Positions 26,552-35,271 of a DNA stretch of 48,620 nt are shown one piece after another. Below the pieces are notes generated by a model, which worked only from the letters and a program-made list of their open reading frames with translations, had not been told where the DNA came from and ran no database searches. Positions within the stretch are counted from its first letter, which is position 1. Each line of letters starts with the position of its first letter. This DNA is from a virus: IMG/VR virus record IMGVR_UViG_3300025012_000017, one strand, 5' to 3'. The position numbers were made by a program, and so were the translations under genes.

Positions 26552-29022
26552 TGCTCTAGCTCCTTTGTCGAGATGTCCGGTTGCTCCACCATGTCTCCCC
26601 AGGAAGTCCCGATCTTAAAGTCCACGTCGATGTAGTAGTGGTCGCCGTGACTTGACGTGAGTTCCATCTTCATGCTGCGCCAGAGAGCTTTGAGAGTCTC
26701 TCTGCGGTTTTCCTCTCCAAGGGGAGAAAAGACATAGATGGCATCGTGAAGCTGCAGTGCAAGGCTCCTGGTGTCCGAGATAGGGTCGTTGTAGAAGCGC
26801 ACGAGTGCCTGGTTCAGCCAGTCCCCGATGGTGGACTGTGGTTTGTAAGATGCAAGACTTCGAAAGAGACTACCATCCTGCCCCGGCTTCGGCCAGCGGT
26901 CGAGAAAGCGGTGCTTCCTGCCGAACAAGTTCGAGATGACGCGGCCATTCTGCTTGAGTTCTTGTTCGAGCCTGGTGTGCCACAATGCGAGCTGGGGAGA
27001 AGCTGCTTCGTCAAGTGCCAAGAGGTACTTTGCCTCTTTCATTCCGCAGCCAAGGCGCCGAGCAAGAACCCCTGGGCCTGCCTTGTAGTTTCTAGCATGG
27101 CGAATGGTCTTACCAGCAGAGCGTTGTTTCTTATCTACCTCTGCGAAGGGAATGCCGAACATCCTGGATGCATTCAAGGTGTGAACGTCATAGCCGTTGG
27201 CTTTTCTTTCCCTGGGAGACATCCCGAAGGAGTCCTGGAAGAGCTTGATGAGCTTGAAGTCCCGGGACTCGTAGGACACCACGACTGCTTCAGCCTGAAC
27301 ACCATCAGCCTCGATGATCTCATAGCCAGGGGGTGGGACGTACATTTTCCTGGCAGACACCGGGATGTTCTGGAGGTTTCCGCTGCCGTAGGGAACGACG
27401 ATGGATTTGCTAGAGGACCACCTGCCAAAGCTTCTGTGTTGCTCCTCGTCTTCTACCACCAAGCCCTGCTTCACATCCTGCATGTTCGCGCCAGTGATGT
27501 TGTAGTTAGTGTGGACTTTGCCTGCTGGCGAGATCGGGATGTCTATGAAGGTCTTGAGCTTATAGAGTTTTCGACCTTCCAGGATTTTAGCAAGCACCGG
27601 GTTGTCAGAAGACTTCTCTAGTTTGACAAGAGCCTCTTCGTCTACGGTTCGGACGCGTTTGTCAGTCCTCTTCTTCCTTCTCTTGAATTGCTCTGGAAGG
27701 AGCAGGTCGTCGTAGAGAAGCTTTTGGAGTTGTTGACTGGAGTTCAGGTTGATAGCGCCTTTGGCCCCTTCGCTGGAATGAAAGATGACAGTTCCATTGA
27801 GCTGCTCAGAGAGTTCGATCTTGAGGCTGTGGAGTTTGCTGTCAATGTCGTCCAGGAGTTGTTGCTGTTTCTCCCGGTCCACGGTGATCCCCTGCAGGTG
27901 CAGGAAGATCGCGGGCTCTAGCTGCGCCATCTCGTAGTTGAAGACGTGCCAGTGGTCGCCCTTTGTTAGCTCGCTCTTCATCACCTCGTAGCAACCGTAG
28001 GTGTTGGCACAGTCGCTCGGATTGTAGAGAGGATCGTGGTTGTCACTTTTCCAGAGCGGGACGTTGAGGCACACGCTGGAGAGGAAGGCAAGACTCCGAG
28101 GGGTCTCAGGCCAGCAGACATGGGTCGCTACCATCGTGTCGAAGCAGGGCCCTGGGATGTAGATTCCATGGTGGTGGTAGAGCACGGCATTGTCGAAGGC
28201 TAGGTTGTGACCTACGATTGTGTGAGTGTCTTCTGGACGAGGGACTGAGAAGACCTGGGCAAGCTTTTGCCAGACTTCGAGTTCGTCGTCAGGATGAAGT
28301 TTTGGATTTCTCCCTGAGAGGAACTTGAAAGAAACTGCGTGGTCCGGGGAGTCAGCAAGGCCGAGTTCCTCGATGTGAGTTCCTGGCTGGACAGTCTCAA
28401 TGTCTACTACGACTGCTTTCTTGTGATCGTGGATCAGGAAGTCCAGGTAGTCCAGAAAGACTTTCTTCGGGGCACTCGCAACCAGTCGTCTATTGTCTCT
28501 CGGTAGTGTTTTATCCTTCGAATTTCGAAGTGCTTTCTTGAGATCCATGATGACTGAGAAGTGGAGCTTCCACTCGTGGTTGACGGCCTGGGGGTGGTAG
28601 GTCGAGAAGACTTTGACGCCGGGGACGAGGGTAGACTCTGTGATGTAGCCTCTTTCCCTTTCTATTCCCCAGTTCCCTGTCAGTGCTCCGTTGGCCTTTG
28701 CTCCTAGGGCTATGACTATGTTCGGTCGGTACTTGATGATGTCGTTTTTCAGTTCCTCAATGAACTGTCTGAGGATAGGCTTAGGTGTTCTCTTCTTGGG
28801 ATCTTCGAAGAAGAAGTCAAAGTTGTTCCCTGGTGGTCGTTCCTTAGCAACATTCGTGATCAGGCATTCGTGGCGATTGATCCCGGCTGCGCGAAGAAGA
28901 GTGTCTAGGGTGTGCCCGGCGTAGCCTATGAAGGGCTTCCCGCTTCGATCCTCATCTTCTCCAGGAGCTTCGCCTACGAGCATGATCTGTGAGTTCGCAG
29001 GTCCAGTGATTTCAACGCGCAT
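26548..29022 (-). CDS. DNA polymerase I family (PolA) with N-terminal UDG-family-4-like domain and 3'-5' exonuclease
   Basis: UDG-like: GEAPGEDEDRSGKPFIGYAG and TYHPQA. Exonuclease: VVVDIETV, GHNLAFDNAVL, YNPSDCANTY. Polymerase: motif A IIEADGVQAEAVV, motif B RSAGKTIRHARNYKAG, motif C LQLHDAIYV. Start set at ATG 29022 (MRVEITG) because AGGAG lies 7 nt upstream; the track start 29070 has no RBS. Confidence 0.9.
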   Translation of the reverse strand: MRVEITGPANSQIMLVGEAPGEDEDRSGKPFIGYAGHTLDTLLRAAGINRHECLITNVAKERPPGNNFDFFFEDPKKRTPKPILRQFIEELKNDIIKYRPNIVIALGAKANGALTGNWGIERERGYITESTLVPGVKVFSTYHPQAVNHEWKLHFSVIMDLKKALRNSKDKTLPRDNRRLVASAPKKVFLDYLDFLIHDHKKAVVVDIETVQPGTHIEELGLADSPDHAVSFKFLSGRNPKLHPDDELEVWQKLAQVFSVPRPEDTHTIVGHNLAFDNAVLYHHHGIYIPGPCFDTMVATHVCWPETPRSLAFLSSVCLNVPLWKSDNHDPLYNPSDCANTYGCYEVMKSELTKGDHWHVFNYEMAQLEPAIFLHLQGITVDREKQQQLLDDIDSKLHSLKIELSEQLNGTVIFHSSEGAKGAINLNSSQQLQKLLYDDLLLPEQFKRRKKRTDKRVRTVDEEALVKLEKSSDNPVLAKILEGRKLYKLKTFIDIPISPAGKVHTNYNITGANMQDVKQGLVVEDEEQHRSFGRWSSSKSIVVPYGSGNLQNIPVSARKMYVPPPGYEIIEADGVQAEAVVVSYESRDFKLIKLFQDSFGMSPRERKANGYDVHTLNASRMFGIPFAEVDKKQRSAGKTIRHARNYKAGPGVLARRLGCGMKEAKYLLALDEAASPQLALWHTRLEQELKQNGRVISNLFGRKHRFLDRWPKPGQDGSLFRSLASYKPQSTIGDWLNQALVRFYNDPISDTRSLALQLHDAIYVFSPLGEENRRETLKALWRSMKMELTSSHGDHYYIDVDFKIGTSWGDMVEQPDISTKELEQ

Positions 29023-29032
29023 GAGTTGGCTC

Positions 29033-29230
29033 CTAGTCTTTTTTATGGAAGCGAAGTTCACGTACTTCATCTACAAGATGCATTACAGCCATAGTCAAGA
29101 ACATTACTGGATTGGTTCTTCTAAAAATTTCATCTACGACATCAACAGCAAAATCTTGTTTAAAGATCTCTTTAGCCAGATTAAGCATCAGCTCTTCATA
29201 CTCCTTATTATACTTGAATAAACTTTCCAC
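29033..29230 (-). CDS. Small hypothetical protein (65 aa)
   Basis: GTG at 29230 preceded by AGGAGG. The longer track ORF would overlap the upstream gene. Confidence 0.4.
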   Translation of the reverse strand: MESLFKYNKEYEELMLNLAKEIFKQDFAVDVVDEIFRRTNPVMFLTMAVMHLVDEVRELRFHKKD

Positions 29231-29238
29231 GTTTCCTC

Positions 29239-29496
29239 CTAGGAGTTGAGGTGTCCAGTTGCTTCTGTTCCGAAGAGAGGACTGGCTTTCGGTTTCCTTC
29301 CGAATTGATTCTTGGCACTGCAAGCAAGGCAGGCGAAACCAGCCTGGATCATGGCTTGACCTTCCTGTCCGTTAGGGCTCTGGAGGACTGACATGTGCTT
29401 GAGCTGGATGACTGGGGCGAAGTCTTTTCCTCCGCAGACGAGGCAGACGATGTCGTCGAGAGTGTTGACGTTGACTTGGGCTTGAGGTTTCTGCAT
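29239..29496 (-). CDS. Small zinc-ribbon protein (85 aa)
   Basis: CLVCGG...CLAC motif pair. ATG 29496 shares one nt with the upstream TAA. Confidence 0.5.
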   Translation of the reverse strand: MQKPQAQVNVNTLDDIVCLVCGGKDFAPVIQLKHMSVLQSPNGQEGQAMIQAGFACLACSAKNQFGRKPKASPLFGTEATGHLNS

Positions 29497-29720
29497 TAGT
29501 GTTCCTTTCTTTTCCATGAGTAGATTCCCCACAGCGCAAGGAGAAAGTAGATAGCGAAGAGTGTTCCCTGGGCTGGTAGTCCTTTCTTGAAGTCGATGAT
29601 CATCCAGGTGAAGTTAGTCACTGCCCAGATGTAGAAGCAAAGGTTGTTCTTCTTGATGTTGAGGATGACTCCCGCGATGCTTGCTGCTGAGGTTGTCCAG
29701 GATAGGAGTTCAAGGTTCAT
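29496..29720 (-). CDS. Small integral membrane protein (2-3 TM; faint PnuC-like pattern)
   Basis: 74 aa. Hydrophobic segments SAASIAGVILNI, FYIWAVTNFTWMII, LFAIYFLLALWGIYSW. ATGA coupling to the upstream gene. Confidence 0.5.
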   Translation of the reverse strand: MNLELLSWTTSAASIAGVILNIKKNNLCFYIWAVTNFTWMIIDFKKGLPAQGTLFAIYFLLALWGIYSWKRKEH

Positions 29721-31009
29721 GCTGCTCTCTTCCTTTCCATAACCTCGACCATGCGTTTTGCTGCGAAGGCATAGGCTTCCTGGGAGAGATCCCCGCCGAT
29801 GGCAGTCATGTTTCTGTGGATGGCAGCCTCGATGGAAGCTCCAGAGCCCATGAAAGGATCATAGAGTTTCTGACCAGGGAGAGCGCTTCGCTGAAGCAGG
29901 TTGTCTAGGAGCTTGACTGGTTTCTCGTACTGGTGGACTTTCTCTGAGAGAAGGACCGGGGGAACTTCTATCCAGTTCGGCATCCCTTCCTTGACAAGCC
30001 TCGAAGCTTCCTTTCTGGCATAAAGGATCACTTCGTAGCAATCGCTAGGCCAGTGAGTTGGCGCGTTACAACTTCCAGTAGTTCTTTTAATCCAGATAAT
30101 TGGCTTGACATAGCAGTTAAATCCGGCGTTGCAGAAGAAGTTTCGCACAGCGGTAAAATGTTCTGCACCAAGAAAGATGTATACATGAGCTGTTGAGTTA
30201 GTAAATCTATATGACTCTTGAGCGAGAAAATCGTAAACCCTAAGAGCTGGTTCTGTACTGTCGTCGAACTTGTAGTGAGTCGAGGACTGTCCACCGGTTT
30301 TACCTCCCGCGCCGATCATCAGTTTGTCGTGTTCAATGCCGTAGAGTGGATCTGTCAAGAGGATGTCAATGCTGTCGCTTGGGATCGTTGTCATGTAGTC
30401 GAGGGAGTCACCCTGGTAGAGCGTGAAGGGGTTCTCTGTCGTGGCCAGGATTTCCTCGTAAGCCTTGATCCCGGAGACTGCGTGCTGAAGCTTGTTGATA
30501 GCCTTGACAGCTTTCTTGATGTCGCTTTTTTTCTCCACGTTTGCAAGCTCTGGGAAGTCCTCTATGATCTTGGCGATCTTGATTTCCTCTGCGACCTTTG
30601 CTATGGAGACGCCGATTTTGTTTGCTGTGTCTTGGAGAGTCCAACCGCCGGATGCTCCGCAGGAGGAGATGCCATACTGGGACTGCATCAGACTGTGGAG
30701 TTCCAGGACAGCCTTGGAGCGCTCGTTTGCTGTGAAGTCTTTGCGATGGAGGTTCGCTTCGAGTTCGAGTTCTTTCATCTTGACTGGATCAACGGTGTCG
30801 TAGTAGACGCAGAGGACAGGCTTGTGGGCGAGTGTGGCTGCTGCGAGTCGCCGTCCACCGTCTATCAGTTCGTTGTTTCGGTTGATTATTACTGGGAGGA
30901 TGTTGCCGTGCTTGGCGATACTATCTGAGAGGGCTTGCAGGTCACCGAAGTCTTCTCGGACTCGGGTGTTGACCTTGACTTGCGTAGGATCGAGGAGGAT
31001 GGTTTCCAC
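29717..31009 (-). CDS. ParB-like nuclease domain fused to N6A/N4C DNA methyltransferase
   Basis: ParB N-terminal motif NELIDGGRRLAAA. Methyltransferase motif IV ILLTDPLYG precedes motif I YDPFMGSGASIEAA (beta-class order). GTG start. Confidence 0.85.
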   Translation of the reverse strand: METILLDPTQVKVNTRVREDFGDLQALSDSIAKHGNILPVIINRNNELIDGGRRLAAATLAHKPVLCVYYDTVDPVKMKELELEANLHRKDFTANERSKAVLELHSLMQSQYGISSCGASGGWTLQDTANKIGVSIAKVAEEIKIAKIIEDFPELANVEKKSDIKKAVKAINKLQHAVSGIKAYEEILATTENPFTLYQGDSLDYMTTIPSDSIDILLTDPLYGIEHDKLMIGAGGKTGGQSSTHYKFDDSTEPALRVYDFLAQESYRFTNSTAHVYIFLGAEHFTAVRNFFCNAGFNCYVKPIIWIKRTTGSCNAPTHWPSDCYEVILYARKEASRLVKEGMPNWIEVPPVLLSEKVHQYEKPVKLLDNLLQRSALPGQKLYDPFMGSGASIEAAIHRNMTAIGGDLSQEAYAFAAKRMVEVMERKRAA

Positions 31010-31039
31010 GAGGAGTGTTTCCTTTCTGTTCTGGAGTCG

Positions 31040-31267
31040 TCATAAGATGTTTAGCTTTCGCAGGACTTCGAGCTGCTGTGAAGAAAGTGTAATCGTTGGT
31101 GTCTTCTCTCCTTTCGCTTTCTTAGTTGTCATGGTTGTTGTCTTGACCCGGCACGGTGCTGGTGTGTCGAGATCGCGCTGTCGCGCCATAGAGTAATCAA
31201 GGAAGACTGCTCTCTGCATGTGCGGTGGGAGCTGAGAGAAGTTGAATTTAAGATCGGGGAGTCTCAA
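31040..31267 (-). CDS. Hypothetical protein
   Basis: TTG start at 31267, 8 nt after GAGGAGG. 75 aa. Confidence 0.4.
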   Translation of the reverse strand: MRLPDLKFNFSQLPPHMQRAVFLDYSMARQRDLDTPAPCRVKTTTMTTKKAKGEKTPTITLSSQQLEVLRKLNIL

Positions 31268-31511
31268 GTTTTGCTACCTCCTCTTCTATGTTTTCTCCAC
31301 AGTTTGGGCAATACTTGGGTGCTTGTTCTAAGTTAACTTCGATATTACCGCACTTAACAACTATTATTTCTCTACCAAAGTAGGAATCTTCGAATACTGT
31401 GTGAACTAGCGTAGAACTATCCTCCTTGGTTTTGTTTTCTCTGTCACCAGGATATTCTATCTCGTAGTCATGGTCTGGTGCTCCGCCACAAACGCAGTCC
31501 CAATCTACCAT
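31248..31511 (-). CDS. Zinc-ribbon protein (87 aa), first gene after a motif-bearing intergenic region
   Basis: CVCGG...CPNCG. RBS AAGGAGG. Motif copy ends 12 nt upstream of the ATG. Confidence 0.6.
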   Translation of the reverse strand: MVDWDCVCGGAPDHDYEIEYPGDRENKTKEDSSTLVHTVFEDSYFGREIIVVKCGNIEVNLEQAPKYCPNCGENIEEEVAKLETPRS

Positions 31512-31523
31512 ACTTTCCTCCTT

Positions 31524-31537
31524 CCAGTAAAGATTTA
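31524..31537 (-). promoter_or_regulatory. Copy of the recurrent motif (sense TAAATCTTTACTGG)
   Basis: Lies in a 150-nt intergenic gap. Followed by AAGGAGGAAAGT then ATG 31511. Confidence 0.6.
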
Positions 31538-31661
31538 TTTATTGAATTACAGTTGGTTAAGTTGCAGGAGTCAGGCTTATCCTGCTACCGGGATGGCTCT
31601 CGCCTCTGTTTCATCGCTTCTGTGTAATGCTCCGCAGGCCCGGATGGTTTGAAGGTTTAAC

Positions 31662-32060
31662 TTACTTACACACAACCTGATCCATGATCTTCAGGACTTC
31701 CGGGGAGAGTTGCTCCCAGGTCTTCGGGAAGGGGTACTTGGTGATGATGATTTGTCTGTGAGAGATCAAGACTCTGTCAACGTCAGGAAGCTTAGAGAGC
31801 CTTCCCTGGATGGACTTGCCCAGGTCGCTGGCGTTGTCAAGGGTTTTGACATCCACGGCCTGGAGGTCTTTGCCCTTCGTCAAGGCTTCTGCCACGTTGA
31901 AGATCATGACAGGGTAGTCACCGCGCGGGAGAACCTGGATGGAATATTCGTAGCAGTTTTTAGGTCCTGCTTTGAAGGGATTCTCCTTCTCCGCTGCGAG
32001 AGCATAAGCAGCAATGGCTACGACCAGGAGCATGAGAACAGTAGCAGTAACGTATTTCAT
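31662..32060 (-). CDS. Exported protein (signal peptide)
   Basis: MKYVTATVLMLLVVAIAAYALAAE. RBS AGGAGG. Confidence 0.6.
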   Translation of the reverse strand: MKYVTATVLMLLVVAIAAYALAAEKENPFKAGPKNCYEYSIQVLPRGDYPVMIFNVAEALTKGKDLQAVDVKTLDNASDLGKSIQGRLSKLPDVDRVLISHRQIIITKYPFPKTWEQLSPEVLKIMDQVVCK

Positions 32061-32069
32061 GACAGCCTC

Positions 32070-32591
32070 CTAGTCAATGTCCTCTTCCCGGCGTTTCATG
32101 TTCTGGGCCTTCATGCTGGTCACGCCCTGGTAGGTCTCAGGCCCCAGCTCCAGCAGGACAGGCAGGCCAATCCAGTTGCCCTCGGCGATCTCAGTCTGGA
32201 TGACAGTCATGTTTTTCATACTGATCTGCATTCCGTCTGCGAATTTCTTCAGCATGTTGATCTTGTTCTGCCATTTGTCGGAGCCGCCTTTGGTGGTCTG
32301 GCCTTTGTCGCTGGCCTTGGCAAGCCAGTTGAAGAAGGTGTATTGCTTGCCGTCGACAGGGGTTTCTCCGTCAGACATGTAGCCACCGTTGCCGTCGAGG
32401 ACGATCTTCCAGGAAATGCAGCTGCGCTCGGGCAGGAGGGTGACTTCAGAAACGCGCCCTTTGTACCAGCCCTTCCGCATCAAGGGCTCGGGCTTGAAAT
32501 CGTCTTCCAGGTCGAAGCTGGAATCCATCTCGCCGTTGGTGTTTTCTTCTTCGGGAACAGGGACTTCGTTGTTTTTGTTTTGTTCAGTCAT
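32070..32591 (-). CDS. DUF669-like protein (candidate ssDNA-binding partner of the AAA_24 ATPase)
   Basis: 173 aa with an acidic N-terminus. Immediately downstream of the AAA_24-type ATPase, as is usual for DUF669. Confidence 0.4.
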   Translation of the reverse strand: MTEQNKNNEVPVPEEENTNGEMDSSFDLEDDFKPEPLMRKGWYKGRVSEVTLLPERSCISWKIVLDGNGGYMSDGETPVDGKQYTFFNWLAKASDKGQTTKGGSDKWQNKINMLKKFADGMQISMKNMTVIQTEIAEGNWIGLPVLLELGPETYQGVTSMKAQNMKRREEDID

Positions 32592-33342
32592 TTTTCTTTT
32601 CTCCTTTTAATTTTCCGTCTTCGATGAGTTTGTCCAGGGCTTTTTTCAGTTCGTTGTAGTCGTTGGGGAGTTTGTCAGGAAGTAGTCGAAACTTTCCAGA
32701 GTAGAGACTCCGCGCTTTGTAGACTCCTTTCGTTACGAGGTTCATGTGGAACTTAGTGACGTTGCCGACGGTGACAGTTTCGCAAGCATAGATCTCGTTG
32801 AAGAGCCCAGGGATTTTGACAGAGAGGTCTCCCTGGATTTTAGGATCGGCTGAGATGATGTTGCCTTGCTTGTCTTTCTTAAAGTCCCAGTGACATGAGA
32901 AGACAAGGTTGCAAGGCCAGGAGATTATCATCCGGAGCTTAGCTTCCATCAAGTTCTTGACGATGTTGAAGTGGACGTTCCAGATGGGGCCTTCGTCGTC
33001 GCCTTTCTTCGGGTCGATCTGAAGCGCGCGCTGCATAGCGATGTCTTGCATGGCTGTGATGCTGTCCACGACGACAGTGGCGTACTTCCCGGCCTTGACA
33101 TCCAGTGCGACTTCACGGATGACTTTCTCCAGCTTGACCCATCCCTGCGCTGACATGGGGAACTGGTCGTAGTAGACATCATCTCGCTCGCGGTAGCCCA
33201 GGATGTGCTCGTCGAAGTCGAAGACGTAGATAGGACCTGGGCAGGTGGAAGCAAAGGTGGACTTTCCACTTCCGAAGGGGCCTATCAGCATGGCCTTGAG
33301 CCTCTCGCTTTCGACTGTGGCGTCAGATGCTTTCATTGGCAT
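32584..33342 (-). CDS. AAA_24 / Sak4-like RecA-fold ATPase
   Basis: Walker A LIGPFGSGKSTFA. Walker B ATVVVDSITA. 252 aa. Confidence 0.75.
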   Translation of the reverse strand: MPMKASDATVESERLKAMLIGPFGSGKSTFASTCPGPIYVFDFDEHILGYRERDDVYYDQFPMSAQGWVKLEKVIREVALDVKAGKYATVVVDSITAMQDIAMQRALQIDPKKGDDEGPIWNVHFNIVKNLMEAKLRMIISWPCNLVFSCHWDFKKDKQGNIISADPKIQGDLSVKIPGLFNEIYACETVTVGNVTKFHMNLVTKGVYKARSLYSGKFRLLPDKLPNDYNELKKALDKLIEDGKLKGEKKND

Positions 33343-33670
33343 TGTTGGGTTCCTTTTCTTTTGTCAGTTCTTGTAGTTGCTGTTTCAGGCAGTTGAGTTC
33401 TTTCTTTGTCTTTTCAGTTTCTTCGTGTTGTGTTCTGAAGAGCCTTTCGTAGCGTTCTGCTTTCTCTTTTGTTTCTTCCAGGATGTGCTCTTCTATTTCT
33501 TCTGGTTCGTCGATTACTTTCTTGGAGAAGACGACAGAGATTTCATGTGTTTCGGCAGGGATGAAGTCTTTGCCTGATTTCTTGACAGGCTGAAAGTGGT
33601 GAAGTTGATTTAAGTCAAACTTGTAAGGAACTGCGAACTCGTAGTAGCCGAAAGAAACGATTGCTGCCAT
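33323..33670 (-). CDS. Hypothetical coiled-coil protein (115 aa)
   Basis: ATG 33670 preceded by AAGGAG. The track start 33727 would overlap the upstream gene. Confidence 0.45.
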   Translation of the reverse strand: MAAIVSFGYYEFAVPYKFDLNQLHHFQPVKKSGKDFIPAETHEISVVFSKKVIDEPEEIEEHILEETKEKAERYERLFRTQHEETEKTKKELNCLKQQLQELTKEKEPNNANESI

Positions 33671-33689
33671 GGTAGTAATCTCCTTCCTT

Positions 33690-34715
33690 CTATAGATTCT
33701 TCGCCGGGTCCCAGTGATCCCCGACATGGTAGTTCTCGAAGCCCCTGATTTCCAGGGTGTGGCGTGTTTCTCTTTCCGTCAGGTTCCTGTCACAGATGTC
33801 AGAGAAAGAGCACCTGCCGTAGGTGTAGCAAGAGCCGTGCTCGCAGGGGAAGTTGTCATGGTCAATGGCGAGCATGATTCTCTGAGCGCTTTCCAGGAAG
33901 TTCTGTCTCCATGAGTTGATGTCGTCCTGGGAGTAGATCATGGGGACGCGGCGGAATTCGATCTTGGGCTTGCCGTATTCGCCAGTGGTTTTGCTTTTGT
34001 AGGCGCTGAGATGGTGCAGTGTGATAAAGTGACCCTCCGGAATCTCTTCCAGGACTTGACTTCCAGCATAGGTGTAGCCGATGCTCTGTGCGCTGCGTTG
34101 GAGTCTGCTGAGCTGCGTTGACATTGGCTGTCCAGTGGTCTTGTGATCCAGCTGCCAGTACCGTCCGTCGTAGTAGATTTCCATGTCAATAACGCCAGTG
34201 AACCAGAAGGGCTTCAGATAGGGGAAGCGGTGTTGTTCAGCAGGGGAGAGAATCATAGGGAGCTTGAATGGTTGCTCGACTGCGATGACTTTCAGGTGAT
34301 TTTCATCAGCCACGAACTCGTTGATATAGCACTGGAACGCCTGAAGGAGATTCTGGAGGGTTCGGTAGTCGTTGTACCAAGTGAAGTGTTGTCTTGTTTC
34401 TTCTTCCCAGGAAGTATTGGCTTGGAGAATTGCGTCTGTGATAGCTCCGCCGTCGTGGGTCCAGCCGTGGTCTTTGATATTCGCGTAGAAGGCTTCCATA
34501 GTCCTGTGCCAGACAGAGCCGTAGCGAAGAGCGCTGGAGCCTTGGTCCGGTTTCAGGTCGAGGATGTGACTAAGGAGGTATTTGCGGAGGCACTGATGGG
34601 CTGTGTCTTTACTGGAGTAGTCCAGCTTCAGGGAAGAGTCGTCCGGGGTTTGGTAGGTGAGTAGGCCTGTCATTATGTTCTCCATTCCTTTGAGAAGCTC
34701 TGCTGGTGTTGACAC
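33690..34715 (-). CDS. PD-(D/E)XK exonuclease, Cas4/RecB-like with C-terminal Cys cluster
   Basis: VIDMEIYYDGRYWQLDHKT (D...D/E-x-K). N-terminal Cys (HQC) plus C-terminal CEHGSCYTYGRCSFSDIC. GTG at 34715; an alternative ATG at 34673 has better RBS spacing. Confidence 0.65.
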   Translation of the reverse strand: MSTPAELLKGMENIMTGLLTYQTPDDSSLKLDYSSKDTAHQCLRKYLLSHILDLKPDQGSSALRYGSVWHRTMEAFYANIKDHGWTHDGGAITDAILQANTSWEEETRQHFTWYNDYRTLQNLLQAFQCYINEFVADENHLKVIAVEQPFKLPMILSPAEQHRFPYLKPFWFTGVIDMEIYYDGRYWQLDHKTTGQPMSTQLSRLQRSAQSIGYTYAGSQVLEEIPEGHFITLHHLSAYKSKTTGEYGKPKIEFRRVPMIYSQDDINSWRQNFLESAQRIMLAIDHDNFPCEHGSCYTYGRCSFSDICDRNLTERETRHTLEIRGFENYHVGDHWDPAKNL

Positions 34716-34851
34716 CGGCTTCTGTTGGAGTTGTTTGATTGTTGCTAGGACGTGTGGGTGGGTTGGTGTGCTGGTCGTTTATTTAGGAACTAGGAGCCTT
34801 CCTCCAACACATAGCCAACCCACCCTGAAGTCCAGGTGGACTGAACTGGAA

Positions 34852-35271
34852 CTACACGCCAGGAACGTTGATGCCGATCGCTTTCAGCGCGGCAATTGCA
34901 GCGGCCTTCTCAGCCGGGGGAAGCTTCGCCAAGCCGGAGGTGATGTCATTGACAGAGACCTTCGGGGAGGCAGGGGCGCGGACGGTGAGCTCGCCTTTGA
35001 GCAGGCCTTGCCAGACGGACTGGATAGCCTCTTCAGCGTCGGTGCCAGATCGTCCCGCGGCGGCATCGCCAAGGCGGTGGTTCAGAGCCAGAGCCGGCAG
35101 GTAGGCCAGGACTTTCTGGTCTTTCAGGGCCTTGGGGTCGAAGGTCATCTTGCCTTTTTTGCCGTCAATCACTGTGATTTCCAGCAGGTTGCCCTCGGTG
35201 ATGTTCTTGATCAGGCGGCGGGCTTTGGCTGGGGCTACTGCGGCGGTCGTGTTCGGGGTTGCTTCGGTCAT
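34852..35271 (-). CDS. Hypothetical protein (GC-rich, A-rich)
   Basis: RBS AAGGAG before ATG 35271. 139 aa. Confidence 0.55.
   Translation of the reverse strand: MTEATPNTTAAVAPAKARRLIKNITEGNLLEITVIDGKKGKMTFDPKALKDQKVLAYLPALALNHRLGDAAAGRSGTDAEEAIQSVWQGLLKGELTVRAPASPKVSVNDITSGLAKLPPAEKAAAIAALKAIGINVPGV

Noticed and set aside
26746-27621. 291-aa plus-strand ORF inside the DNA polymerase gene. Similar long antisense ORFs are 30218..30928, 31710..32627, 34143..34664, 34657..35301 and 38606..39418.
   Set aside because: All lie opposite minus-strand genes that have recognisable motifs, RBSs and translational coupling. None has an RBS, and their composition is typical of antisense frames.
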